A stretch of DNA of 64,000 nucleotides, from the IMG/VR virus record IMGVR_UViG_3300029288_004137, positions 96,001 to 160,000 of that record, one strand, 5' to 3'. Shown one piece after another: positions 27,229 to 36,041 of the stretch. The notes under the pieces are model-generated. The model was given only the letters and a program-made list of their open reading frames with translations. It searched no databases and was not told the origin of the DNA. The stretch's first letter is position 1; every line of letters starts with the position of its first letter. Source of the stretch: a virus (lineage: Duplodnaviria; Caudoviricetes). Position numbers and translations under genes: made by a program.

Positions 27229-28321
27229 TCACTTCACCTTTTAAAATAAAAGCAATACACTTTTTTAATATTTCAACCGGATATTCTTTATATTCTTTTT
27301 CTTTAATTCTCAGCACTTCATACCCTTTGCTAATCAAAATTAAAGTTTTAATTTTATCTTTGTTTTTAATTTTATCTTTTTTATGCCAATATTCTCCATC
27401 AAATTCAATTATTTTATTTTTATATATAAAATCAACCATAAAATAATATCCACCACCTAATTCTGAATATTCTTTGAATTTAAATCGCTTTTCTTTATTA
27501 AGACTAGCATATTTAACCAAATTTTCTTCTATTTTTGATAATTCTACAATTTTTTTAAATAACTTCTGTGATATTTTTGAATAAGTTGTTGAACTTAATC
27601 TTGCTCCTTTATATGACATTTCCTTCATATGTTTTTTATATTTTCTCCATTCTTTTTCTCCATCTTTTTCTCCATATTTTTTAATATACCAATTTTTTGT
27701 AAATCTTTTTCTTTGATTTTCTCTTCTATTTTTCCAAATCATATATCCTTCTTCTTCACCGTGATTTTTTATTAAATCTTCTAACTTTAATCCATTATCC
27801 CATCCACCTTTATTTTTAATTGATTTTCTCCATTTTTTAAGGTATTGCTCTTGTCTCTTTTTGCCTTCTTCTTCGCCATATTTTTCTATTTTTGATATTA
27901 AAGAAGTACATGCTTTTGATTTACAAAGATTTTTCCAGGACTCCTCTCCATATTTTTTAATATAATCTTGTTTATTAATCGATGATTTTTGATTTTTTTC
28001 TTTAAAAAATCTCAACCCAAGCGCTTCTCCATATCTACTTTCCATTGATTTCAAAGAACTACTATCATTTTTAAAAATTGTTTTTGATTTTATTATTCGA
28101 TCTACCCAAGGTAAAGGAACCTCATAAATAATCATTTTATACAACAAAGGAAATAAACTATATTTGTTCCAATCATTTTTTTTACAGACCTCTAATATAT
28201 TCCACAATTCTTCCTTTTGTTTTATAGAAAGTTTATTTTTATCTATATCTTGAAAATATTTACAAGAAATAAGATTTTTTACTTCATCCATCCAATTTTC
28301 ATTTTTTAACAAACAGTCCAC
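27215..28321 (-). CDS. Free-standing homing endonuclease (KYGEEEG repeats + Vsr/DUF559-like) inside the helicase intein break
   Basis: VDF..KIIEFDGEYWH..D..K..GYEVLRIKE. Confidence 0.82.
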   Translation of the reverse strand: MDCLLKNENWMDEVKNLISCKYFQDIDKNKLSIKQKEELWNILEVCKKNDWNKYSLFPLLYKMIIYEVPLPWVDRIIKSKTIFKNDSSSLKSMESRYGEALGLRFFKEKNQKSSINKQDYIKKYGEESWKNLCKSKACTSLISKIEKYGEEEGKKRQEQYLKKWRKSIKNKGGWDNGLKLEDLIKNHGEEEGYMIWKNRRENQRKRFTKNWYIKKYGEKDGEKEWRKYKKHMKEMSYKGARLSSTTYSKISQKLFKKIVELSKIEENLVKYASLNKEKRFKFKEYSELGGGYYFMVDFIYKNKIIEFDGEYWHKKDKIKNKDKIKTLILISKGYEVLRIKEKEYKEYPVEILKKCIAFILKGEVNEQT

Positions 28322-29633
28322 TTCCTTTCTCCAACCCTGTTTCTATCGATTTGAAATTTCCATCAATTACTGGAAACATATGCTTTTCAGAACATATAAT
28401 TTCTTTGCCAGATTTTAATTTAATCTTAAAGAGTTTTTGGTAATTTTTGTTTATATCAATCACTTTTTTCCATCCTACTTGTGTTTCTACTTCACTTCCT
28501 ATTTTTATCTTATTAATTTCTGTTTCAAAAATTTTGTCTCCTTCTCTTGTATATAGTAAAGTATTTTCAAAAAAGCATCTATTTGTTTGCGAAGCGGTAT
28601 ATACTGGACAATTAAATATTTTCGCCAATCCCCTCAAATCTTCATAAATGCTCTCTAAATCAAATCTTTTTTGTTCATAAGATTTAACAGAAGCTAATAG
28701 ATCTGCATAATCTACTATAATCATTCCTACATTTATTCCTCTTCTTTTCATTTTCTCAAGATGATTTCTAATTGTTATAACTGTTGCACCTTTGGTTGGA
28801 TATTCTTTTATTATTAATCGTCCTTTAACTTGTCCAATTTGATCAAAAACTTCATTTTTAAATCTTCCCAATTCATTTAGGGTAAATTTTGTTATGCAAC
28901 TATCATACCTTTTTCCTATAACAGTTTCTTGCAATTCTAAAGTATAATGAACAACATTAATACCTTGTAATAAAGCAGAAGCACCTAAATGAACCAAAAC
29001 CATCGATTTACCTGCACCTGTTGGAGCAATAACAACTCCTAATTCTTTTTTACCAAGTCCACCCTGTAATATTGTATCTATTTCAGACCATCCAGTTGAT
29101 ACCGGATCTCTATATTGAGGAAGATATCTTTCTTCAAAATCCTTAATATATTCATATCCCATATCAGAATCAGTCCCTAAAATTAATGCTGATGAAATAA
29201 GTTTATTAATTTCATCAAATGAAGATTTATTCATTAAGGGAATTGCTGCAAGAAACGCTTCTTTTAGTTTCTGCTTTTTACAGAAATCAACAGATTGTTC
29301 TTTTATATAATCTGATCCTTCTGGGAGATCTTTGCTTGATAATATTCTTGAAAAATATTCAATTACTTGCTTATTCACATTATTATTATCACTTTCTTGA
29401 GTCCTTATCATTGTTGTTAAGGTATCAAGAGAAGGATGAACACCATACTTGTCTGTATAATCATATAATTTTTCAACAAATGTCTGAAGATAAAGTGGTT
29501 CCAAAAAAGAAACTGGCATAACTTCACGCATTCTTTCACAAAAACTTCTGTCAAGAACCATTATTTTAACAAGTTTTTCTTGAAATTGAATTCCATAAGA
29601 AGAAAAACTTGTTTTTTCATTATCGTTTTTCAT
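28299..29633 (-). CDS. Replicative helicase (T4 gp41/DnaB-like) N-terminal piece + IntN
   Basis: APTGAGKS Walker A, IIVDYADL Walker B, TASQTNR|C. Confidence 0.92.
   Translation of the reverse strand: MKNDNEKTSFSSYGIQFQEKLVKIMVLDRSFCERMREVMPVSFLEPLYLQTFVEKLYDYTDKYGVHPSLDTLTTMIRTQESDNNNVNKQVIEYFSRILSSKDLPEGSDYIKEQSVDFCKKQKLKEAFLAAIPLMNKSSFDEINKLISSALILGTDSDMGYEYIKDFEERYLPQYRDPVSTGWSEIDTILQGGLGKKELGVVIAPTGAGKSMVLVHLGASALLQGINVVHYTLELQETVIGKRYDSCITKFTLNELGRFKNEVFDQIGQVKGRLIIKEYPTKGATVITIRNHLEKMKRRGINVGMIIVDYADLLASVKSYEQKRFDLESIYEDLRGLAKIFNCPVYTASQTNRCFFENTLLYTREGDKIFETEINKIKIGSEVETQVGWKKVIDINKNYQKLFKIKLKSGKEIICSEKHMFPVIDGNFKSIETGLEKGSGLFVKK
28302..28577 (-). mobile_element. Split intein N-fragment of helicase (92 aa)
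   Basis: CFFENTLL...ICSEKHMFP...stop. Confidence 0.9.
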
Positions 29634-30600
29634 TTTCTAAAACAATCCTTCTTAAATTAACAAACAATCCATCCCAATTAATACTTTCAAATCCATCAGC
29701 CATCATCATTGTTCGTAATTTACTTACATTTAAAAATATTTTTTCTACCTTTATTTTATTTTCAATTTTTTGAATTGAATCAAATGAAATTTGAACGGGA
29801 TAAAGAGATGTAATTTTGAAATTTAAAACTAATTTATCTTTATTATCTTTTATCTGATCAAATAATTTAAATTGTTTTTCTGACCGATTTATATAATCAA
29901 TAATATTATTGATAAAATATTTTTTATCTTCAATTAAAAAAGGAAATCTTTTAGCAATTGTTTTCAATCCTGCACCAAGAATACCTTCTATATTATCGCT
30001 ACTATCTCCAACTATTGATCTAGCTAAAGCAAAATTTTCTGGTGATATTTTATATTTATCTTTTATAGTATTCTTATTATGAATTTCTTTTTGAGTTGGT
30101 CTTACAATAATTGTAGAATTATCACAAAGTTGATAAAAATCTTTATCACTACTTAATATTACTTTATCATAATCTTTTAAAGATTCTGTTTTGCACAAAT
30201 AAGCAATTAAATCATCTGCTTCAACACCATCTTCAACAAATTGAGACACTGGCATTTCATTTAAATAAGAAATTAAACGAAGTTGTTGTTTTTCTTTATT
30301 ATCAGAAACTTCTGATTCATCCATATTTTTAGAAAATCTATTAAGTTTTATTATTGGTTTTCTATTTTCTTTATATTCTTTATAAATTTGTTTTCTTCTT
30401 ACAGAACCCTTGGAAGAATCCCAGCATACAAAGACTTTGCTGCATTTAGTGCTTTTTATATATTTTTGAAGAATCTTAATAAATCCAACAACACCACCAA
30501 TTGGTTGACCACTATTTTCTGATATTGTTGGATTTACTATCCAATTTGTGATAAAAATATTTAATCCATCGATTATAAGAATTCTTTTCTTATTACTCAC
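29620..30600 (-). CDS. 5'-3' exonuclease (T4 RNase H / PolA N-terminal family)
   Basis: IIDGLN, YKENR, EADDLI, SSDKDF, GDSSDNIEG. Confidence 0.9.
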   Translation of the reverse strand: MSNKKRILIIDGLNIFITNWIVNPTISENSGQPIGGVVGFIKILQKYIKSTKCSKVFVCWDSSKGSVRRKQIYKEYKENRKPIIKLNRFSKNMDESEVSDNKEKQQLRLISYLNEMPVSQFVEDGVEADDLIAYLCKTESLKDYDKVILSSDKDFYQLCDNSTIIVRPTQKEIHNKNTIKDKYKISPENFALARSIVGDSSDNIEGILGAGLKTIAKRFPFLIEDKKYFINNIIDYINRSEKQFKLFDQIKDNKDKLVLNFKITSLYPVQISFDSIQKIENKIKVEKIFLNVSKLRTMMMADGFESINWDGLFVNLRRIVLENEKR

Positions 30601-31730
30601 AAAGAACCTTCCAAAACGGGAGGTAACTTATCTAACTTACGAATTATATCTGTTTCTACTAAATAATTAATATCTTTTTTAAATTCATCATTTGTCTTTA
30701 ACATTTCAATGAAGGATTTTCTTTGAAATTTCCATTCCCCTCCACTTTTACCTATAAAAGACCCCCAAGAACCAGATTTCGTAAAAGATTCAGATAAAGC
30801 ATCATATAAACTGTCTTCATTTTGAACACCAACAGGATCTATGCCCCATTGAATTTTAAATTCACATTCTCTACCTAATGAACCAAATCGTGATTTTTTA
30901 ATCTTAACTTTAACTCTATTCCCAAAAATATGACCTGATTCATCAGATTCTAAATTTGCTTTAGAATCTGATTTTGTAAGCCATATCCTAAGAGAATACG
31001 CATAAAGTACTGATTTACCACCTGGGGTAAAATAAGGATTGACCAACATATCCCCTGGATTTTTTGGATTTATATTGGTTTTTAATTGATTTAGAACTAA
31101 TAATGTTGATTGTGTTTTCCCTATAGGAATTATTAATTTTTTCATCCCAAGAGAAACAACACGAGCTGTTTGAGATATCGTTCCACCCAATTCAAAATCA
31201 CCTTCTGAATCTGCTTTTGATGGTGTCATTGCCAATGAATCCCATATAAAAAACCATTTTTCATTTGGAATAGAAAGAAGTGTTTCGATAATTTCGAATA
31301 CCTCCTCAATTGAGGAAGGCTGAATATACTGAAGAACACTTATATCACACCCAGATCTTTTTAAGAAATCTGGATCTATCGCATTTTCTGAATCAAAATA
31401 AACAATTTTATACCCTTTCTTTTGAGCATTTGCAGCTATTTGTGCAGCAAAAAAACTTTTCCCTGTAGATTCTAATCCAGCACATTCTGATATCTTTCCT
31501 ACAGGAATTCCACCTAACTTTCCACGGCATATAATCGCATCTAACCATGTAGAACCAGTTGGTATCCAATCTATTACTTCTGTTGGACTTTCTTGTTCTA
31601 AATCATAAGAAATTTGTGTTCCTGCTTTTGAATTTATTAAATTTCTTATTTGTTCAGAAGATAATCTTCCAGTATCAGTATTCTTTATCTCTTCTTCATT
31701 AGAAGAAATAATCTTTTTTGCTTTTGCCAT
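30597..31730 (-). CDS. recA: RecA/UvsX-like recombinase
   Basis: IPTGS, GLESTGKS, WDSLA, LNQL, TPGGK. Confidence 0.9.
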   Translation of the reverse strand: MAKAKKIISSNEEEIKNTDTGRLSSEQIRNLINSKAGTQISYDLEQESPTEVIDWIPTGSTWLDAIICRGKLGGIPVGKISECAGLESTGKSFFAAQIAANAQKKGYKIVYFDSENAIDPDFLKRSGCDISVLQYIQPSSIEEVFEIIETLLSIPNEKWFFIWDSLAMTPSKADSEGDFELGGTISQTARVVSLGMKKLIIPIGKTQSTLLVLNQLKTNINPKNPGDMLVNPYFTPGGKSVLYAYSLRIWLTKSDSKANLESDESGHIFGNRVKVKIKKSRFGSLGRECEFKIQWGIDPVGVQNEDSLYDALSESFTKSGSWGSFIGKSGGEWKFQRKSFIEMLKTNDEFKKDINYLVETDIIRKLDKLPPVLEGSL

Positions 31731-31746
31731 AACTTCTCCTTAAATA

Positions 31747-31778
31747 AGGAAGGGAGGAATTATAATTCCTCCCTTCCT
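31747..31778. terminator. Perfect 32-bp palindrome between ssb and recA
   Basis: aggaagggaggaatta|taattcctcccttcct. Confidence 0.65.
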
Positions 31779-31794
31779 CTATTTTTAGTTTAAT

Positions 31795-32601
31795 TTAACC
31801 GTTTTGCAGATCTTTATAAGCAGCATCAATTGCATCTTCTTCTGTTGTTAAAGATTTATCTTCTGTTGAAGGTTTATCTTCAGATGATGGTGAAATTTCT
31901 AATCCATCTTCAGATGATGGTGATAGATATGATTCAAGAATTTCTTCAATCTCTTCAGTTGTCTTTAAAATAAACAACTTAGAAAAATCTGGATATGCAT
32001 CTAAGATTTCCTTGCACTTGTCTTTTGACTCAAGAAGAGGAGTTCTTACAGGAATTGGCATAATTGTTGTTGTAGGAAATAACTTCTTTCCTTCCATTTT
32101 GGATGTAACTTGCACATCTTCTCCAGTTTCAGGATGAGTTATATCACCATAGTGTGGATTCATAACAAGTTGTAAGAAGTTTTCATAAACAGTTTTGCCA
32201 AACCCCCAAATAAATGCACCCTCATCTTCCCGTCCTCTGACAAGAATTGCTGTATAAAATCTATTTTTTGCGAATAGTTTCTTTGCTTCTTCAAAAATCA
32301 CATCGTCTTTCTTATCTTGTGATTCTCTATAAAGTTTAGAAGCAAACTCGCAAATAGGGCATTTCTTATCAAAATTTCTCTTTGGACACAAAATTCCAGC
32401 ATTATCACCAAGACCATAATGGAAATAGAATTCCTTAAAAGGATCTTCATCAGGTGATGGAAGCACTCTCACCACATCACCTCCTGCCTTTCCAGGTTCG
32501 GGATTCCAATAACGCTTTCCTCCCTTTTTTGAAGAACCTCCTTTACCTTTTGAATTCAAAGAACGAATTTTCTCTTCCATTAATTTTAAATTAATTCCCA
32601 T
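31795..32601 (-). CDS. Single-stranded DNA-binding protein (T4 gp32-like)
   Basis: VRVLP, H..C..CPIC zinc site, DITHPETG, acidic tail. Confidence 0.8.
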   Translation of the reverse strand: MGINLKLMEEKIRSLNSKGKGGSSKKGGKRYWNPEPGKAGGDVVRVLPSPDEDPFKEFYFHYGLGDNAGILCPKRNFDKKCPICEFASKLYRESQDKKDDVIFEEAKKLFAKNRFYTAILVRGREDEGAFIWGFGKTVYENFLQLVMNPHYGDITHPETGEDVQVTSKMEGKKLFPTTTIMPIPVRTPLLESKDKCKEILDAYPDFSKLFILKTTEEIEEILESYLSPSSEDGLEISPSSEDKPSTEDKSLTTEEDAIDAAYKDLQNG

Positions 32602-32648
32602 GTTGCACTCTCCTATGTTGATTTAACCGATAAATTAATATTATGATA

Positions 32649-32900
32649 TCATAATATTTCTGATTCATTAACCGAAAATTTTAACGCTTCGCCTATAATG
32701 CTATTCCAGTTAAAAACTCTAAAACTTTTTTTATCAAGATCCCATACCAATTCACTTCCTTCCTGCAAAACCCTGATTTTGCTACCTGTTCCTTTTACCT
32801 GTTCTTTAAGGAAATCTTCAGGTAGATTGCTAATTTTAATAAAACGCATCTCCCTTTCTTCACCATTCTTCTTTATAAATTTTGCTTTAATTCCTTCCAT
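32649..32900 (-). CDS. Small SH3-like (WYL_2/DUF2693-like) protein
   Basis: FIKKNGEEREM...VWDLDKKSFRVF. Confidence 0.6.
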   Translation of the reverse strand: MEGIKAKFIKKNGEEREMRFIKISNLPEDFLKEQVKGTGSKIRVLQEGSELVWDLDKKSFRVFNWNSIIGEALKFSVNESEIL

Positions 32901-32907
32901 ATCCCTC

Positions 32908-33705
32908 CTATTGTTGAATAAAAGATGAATAAATTGATATATAACAATATGATTTTATTGCATTTGTATCATATACCCCAAAACTACCATTTATTGCTAA
33001 CATTTTTTGTCTTATTTTATTAAAAATATTCATATCTTCCTGATCTTTCTGATTTAATGCAAAATAAAACTTTCTTTCAGAAATGTTGTTTAACTTATAT
33101 AAATAGTTCTCTTCTTCCGTCAAAATATCAAAAACACCTAACGTTCCTATCCTAGAAGTTTCTGATAACTCTTTAAGATTATTACCTATTATTGGTTCTC
33201 TATTATTAAAAATATTTAAAGAATGATAAGCACTTGCAATTGTTTGATTTATCATATCATAATAATTTTTAATTGTTAATCCAACAATTTTATTGGAAAT
33301 ATCGTTATTAGAAAAAAGATACATTTTATCATACATACCGGAACGAACAAATTCTTGAAGAATATTGAATGTTATTTTTTCATTTATTGCTTTGTTTTTT
33401 GATAAAAATGAATTATCAGGTTTTATATAAAGCACCTCCATTGAATTATTTTGATTTTTAAGATCTTCCATAAGTTTTAATGTTATTCCTGTTATATCCC
33501 CTGCACCACATAAAATAAATACAACTTTATCATTTTTTATATCTGATATAATTGAATATGGCCTTTGATAATTATCATTATATTCTTGATGACTTCCAAA
33601 TATAGGATAATTATCATTATCAATATAAAAAGTTTTATACTGAGAATATTGATTAAATAAACTTGAAATCTTTTTACCAGAATTACCTATCCCAATAATA
33701 TTCAT
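32908..33705 (-). CDS. Divergent tubulin/FtsZ-like protein
   Basis: IIGIGNSG N-terminus, CGAGDITG in place of GGGTG, FSN, IN. Confidence 0.5.
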   Translation of the reverse strand: MNIIGIGNSGKKISSLFNQYSQYKTFYIDNDNYPIFGSHQEYNDNYQRPYSIISDIKNDKVVFILCGAGDITGITLKLMEDLKNQNNSMEVLYIKPDNSFLSKNKAINEKITFNILQEFVRSGMYDKMYLFSNNDISNKIVGLTIKNYYDMINQTIASAYHSLNIFNNREPIIGNNLKELSETSRIGTLGVFDILTEEENYLYKLNNISERKFYFALNQKDQEDMNIFNKIRQKMLAINGSFGVYDTNAIKSYCYISIYSSFIQQ

Positions 33706-34892
33706 CGAATGCTCACCTTAAATTGTCCTAAAATAGTGCTTTCTAAAATTGAAACAACCTCTTTTTCATATTTTTTTCTTTCTTCATTATTCCAATCAAT
33801 ACATATAGAATCATGAATTGTATAACATATTTTAGATTTCTTGTCTTTTAAAAATTTAAAAATTTCTACAACTTTTCTTAAAAAAAGATCTGAAAATGTA
33901 CTCTGAATTATATAACTCATTCTTAAATTTTGTTCACAATTTATTTCTCTATCATAAATTGTTTTTATACCATCTTTATCGTTTAATGCATATTTTTTAA
34001 GAATCTTACTTTTATTATAAAATAATTTTAATTTACATATATCCTTTATCTCAGGTGGTATAAAATCACTATATAAATATTTGAATATTATCTTTTTGGA
34101 TTCTTCCCTCTTTATATCAGATTTTATAATATTATCTATGTTCCATTGATGAAGATCATATTCTGGTTGTCTATTTTTATTATCTGATAAACCCAAAAAA
34201 GTCCTTAATTCCGCAGCATTATAATCATATTCTATAATTATATCATTTTTGGGAGATATCGCTTTTCTTAGTTCTTTTCTCATAGATAATATTGGGAAAG
34301 AATCACAAGATTCAGATAATCTACCAGTTTTTGTCCCATATAAATTATATATGATTTTTGTTTGTTTATTACGATTTATCTTCGTTAAAAAGTTTTTGCC
34401 AAAATCAGTTCCATAATATTCTTTTAAAATATTTTTATTAATCTCTATATCAACCTTTTTTAAATCATTAGCAAATTCATACAAATCAACCATAAATTCA
34501 TGATTACTAGGTCTTTTATATGTTTCCAAAACATATTTAATTAAAGATTCTTTAAATCCATAATATTCATTAAGAAATTTTTCTGGTATAAAATAAAATA
34601 TTGAAACATCATTCAAAGGAACCGATGTCTTAATACATGCTTTTATAAAGATTTTCATTTTATTTTCAAGAGATTTAAAATAATCTTCTTTGTTCATTTC
34701 TTTTGCTATTTCAACAAAAGATTTCCCCTGACAATAAATTCTAGCACAAGACACATTCTTCAAATGTGAAGAAATAAACGTTGGTTCCCAACATTCTTCA
34801 GAATAAAGATGAATATCATCTAAGTTGAAGATATTACCCTCACTATAAACTCCATAAATCAAATTTGAGAAGGATAAAACTTGATGTACCAC
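33702..34892 (-). CDS. Compact family-A DNA polymerase-like protein
   Basis: TKTGRLS, DYNAAELR (A), RxxxK..F..LY (B), IQST, TIHDS (C). Confidence 0.75.
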   Translation of the reverse strand: MVHQVLSFSNLIYGVYSEGNIFNLDDIHLYSEECWEPTFISSHLKNVSCARIYCQGKSFVEIAKEMNKEDYFKSLENKMKIFIKACIKTSVPLNDVSIFYFIPEKFLNEYYGFKESLIKYVLETYKRPSNHEFMVDLYEFANDLKKVDIEINKNILKEYYGTDFGKNFLTKINRNKQTKIIYNLYGTKTGRLSESCDSFPILSMRKELRKAISPKNDIIIEYDYNAAELRTFLGLSDNKNRQPEYDLHQWNIDNIIKSDIKREESKKIIFKYLYSDFIPPEIKDICKLKLFYNKSKILKKYALNDKDGIKTIYDREINCEQNLRMSYIIQSTFSDLFLRKVVEIFKFLKDKKSKICYTIHDSICIDWNNEERKKYEKEVVSILESTILGQFKVSIR

Positions 34893-36041
34893 TTACCACC
34901 TATGTTGAAATTTTTGAAACGATTCAGACGATAATTTCTTTGAAATTCTTAATTTTTCATTTATATATTTTATTGCTTCGATATAATTAAAATGTTCATA
35001 TAATTCTATTGCTTTTAAAAGATTTGAATCATAATTTTGCTGTCGCCATGCAACATTTTCTTCGCAAGATCGAATATAAAAATAAACTTTAATCCAATAT
35101 AACATATCATACTGATCTTTATTAACTTCTTTTTTTTGAATACGAGTCACGTCTGAACAAGATTTAATTTTGTCTGTCCATGGAAAAACTTTCTTAAATT
35201 CATTATAACCATAAATAAAAACTTTTTTTAAATCAAAAATTTCATCGTCCATTATACGATTATAATAAATTGAAAAAAAATTATTCATTGAAACACCAGG
35301 AACAAAATTCATCAACATTCCTGGAGATGTTAAATCTGCTACCAATAACCATGGAGAATGTTTATCAATCTTAAATCCAAATCTTCTTGCTGCTTCCATA
35401 TAAAAACTATAATTTGGATCATTTATATATGTTGTAGCATTCTTATCATCACCTTGTTCTAACCCTCCTATATCCAAAATAAGTCCAGTAGCATTATATG
35501 AAACATATGAAGATTTATAAAATGCAGACTTTGTTATAAGAAAACTTTTTGCAAGATGTGAAAAAATAAGAATAAATTGCTCTACATAATCATCAAAAGT
35601 AACAATCTTATTCTTTCTTCCTTTTATTAAATAAAATTTATTATAATTAGAAAATATGCTGATTACGTGCTTATTATATTCTATATTAGGATCTATCCAT
35701 CCATTCTTAACTTTAATATCTGATAAAACTGATCCTTCTTCCTTGGAACGAATCATTCTCGTAGTTCTAGCTCTTTTAAAATATTCCCTCATTAGGTCAT
35801 ATGCCCTTACAACAAAATCAAATGTAAAAACTAAACTTTTATTCTCTGATTCCACTTGCCTTAACATTTCTTTGTTGGGTATAATAACATTCCCATAATT
35901 ATCTACTTTCCCATAAAGATCATTCTCTCTTAAAGATATTGGATTTTCATTATAAGTTGGATATGCAAATTTATCATATAACCCTCTAAAATAAAAAGAA
36001 GAAATTGAATCAAGATTATTGTTTGCTTTAAATATTGTCAT
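34893..36041 (-). CDS. Hypothetical (baseplate-region) protein
   Basis: 382-aa ORF coupled to the hub gene. Confidence 0.55.
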   Translation of the reverse strand: MTIFKANNNLDSISSFYFRGLYDKFAYPTYNENPISLRENDLYGKVDNYGNVIIPNKEMLRQVESENKSLVFTFDFVVRAYDLMREYFKRARTTRMIRSKEEGSVLSDIKVKNGWIDPNIEYNKHVISIFSNYNKFYLIKGRKNKIVTFDDYVEQFILIFSHLAKSFLITKSAFYKSSYVSYNATGLILDIGGLEQGDDKNATTYINDPNYSFYMEAARRFGFKIDKHSPWLLVADLTSPGMLMNFVPGVSMNNFFSIYYNRIMDDEIFDLKKVFIYGYNEFKKVFPWTDKIKSCSDVTRIQKKEVNKDQYDMLYWIKVYFYIRSCEENVAWRQQNYDSNLLKAIELYEHFNYIEAIKYINEKLRISKKLSSESFQKFQHRW

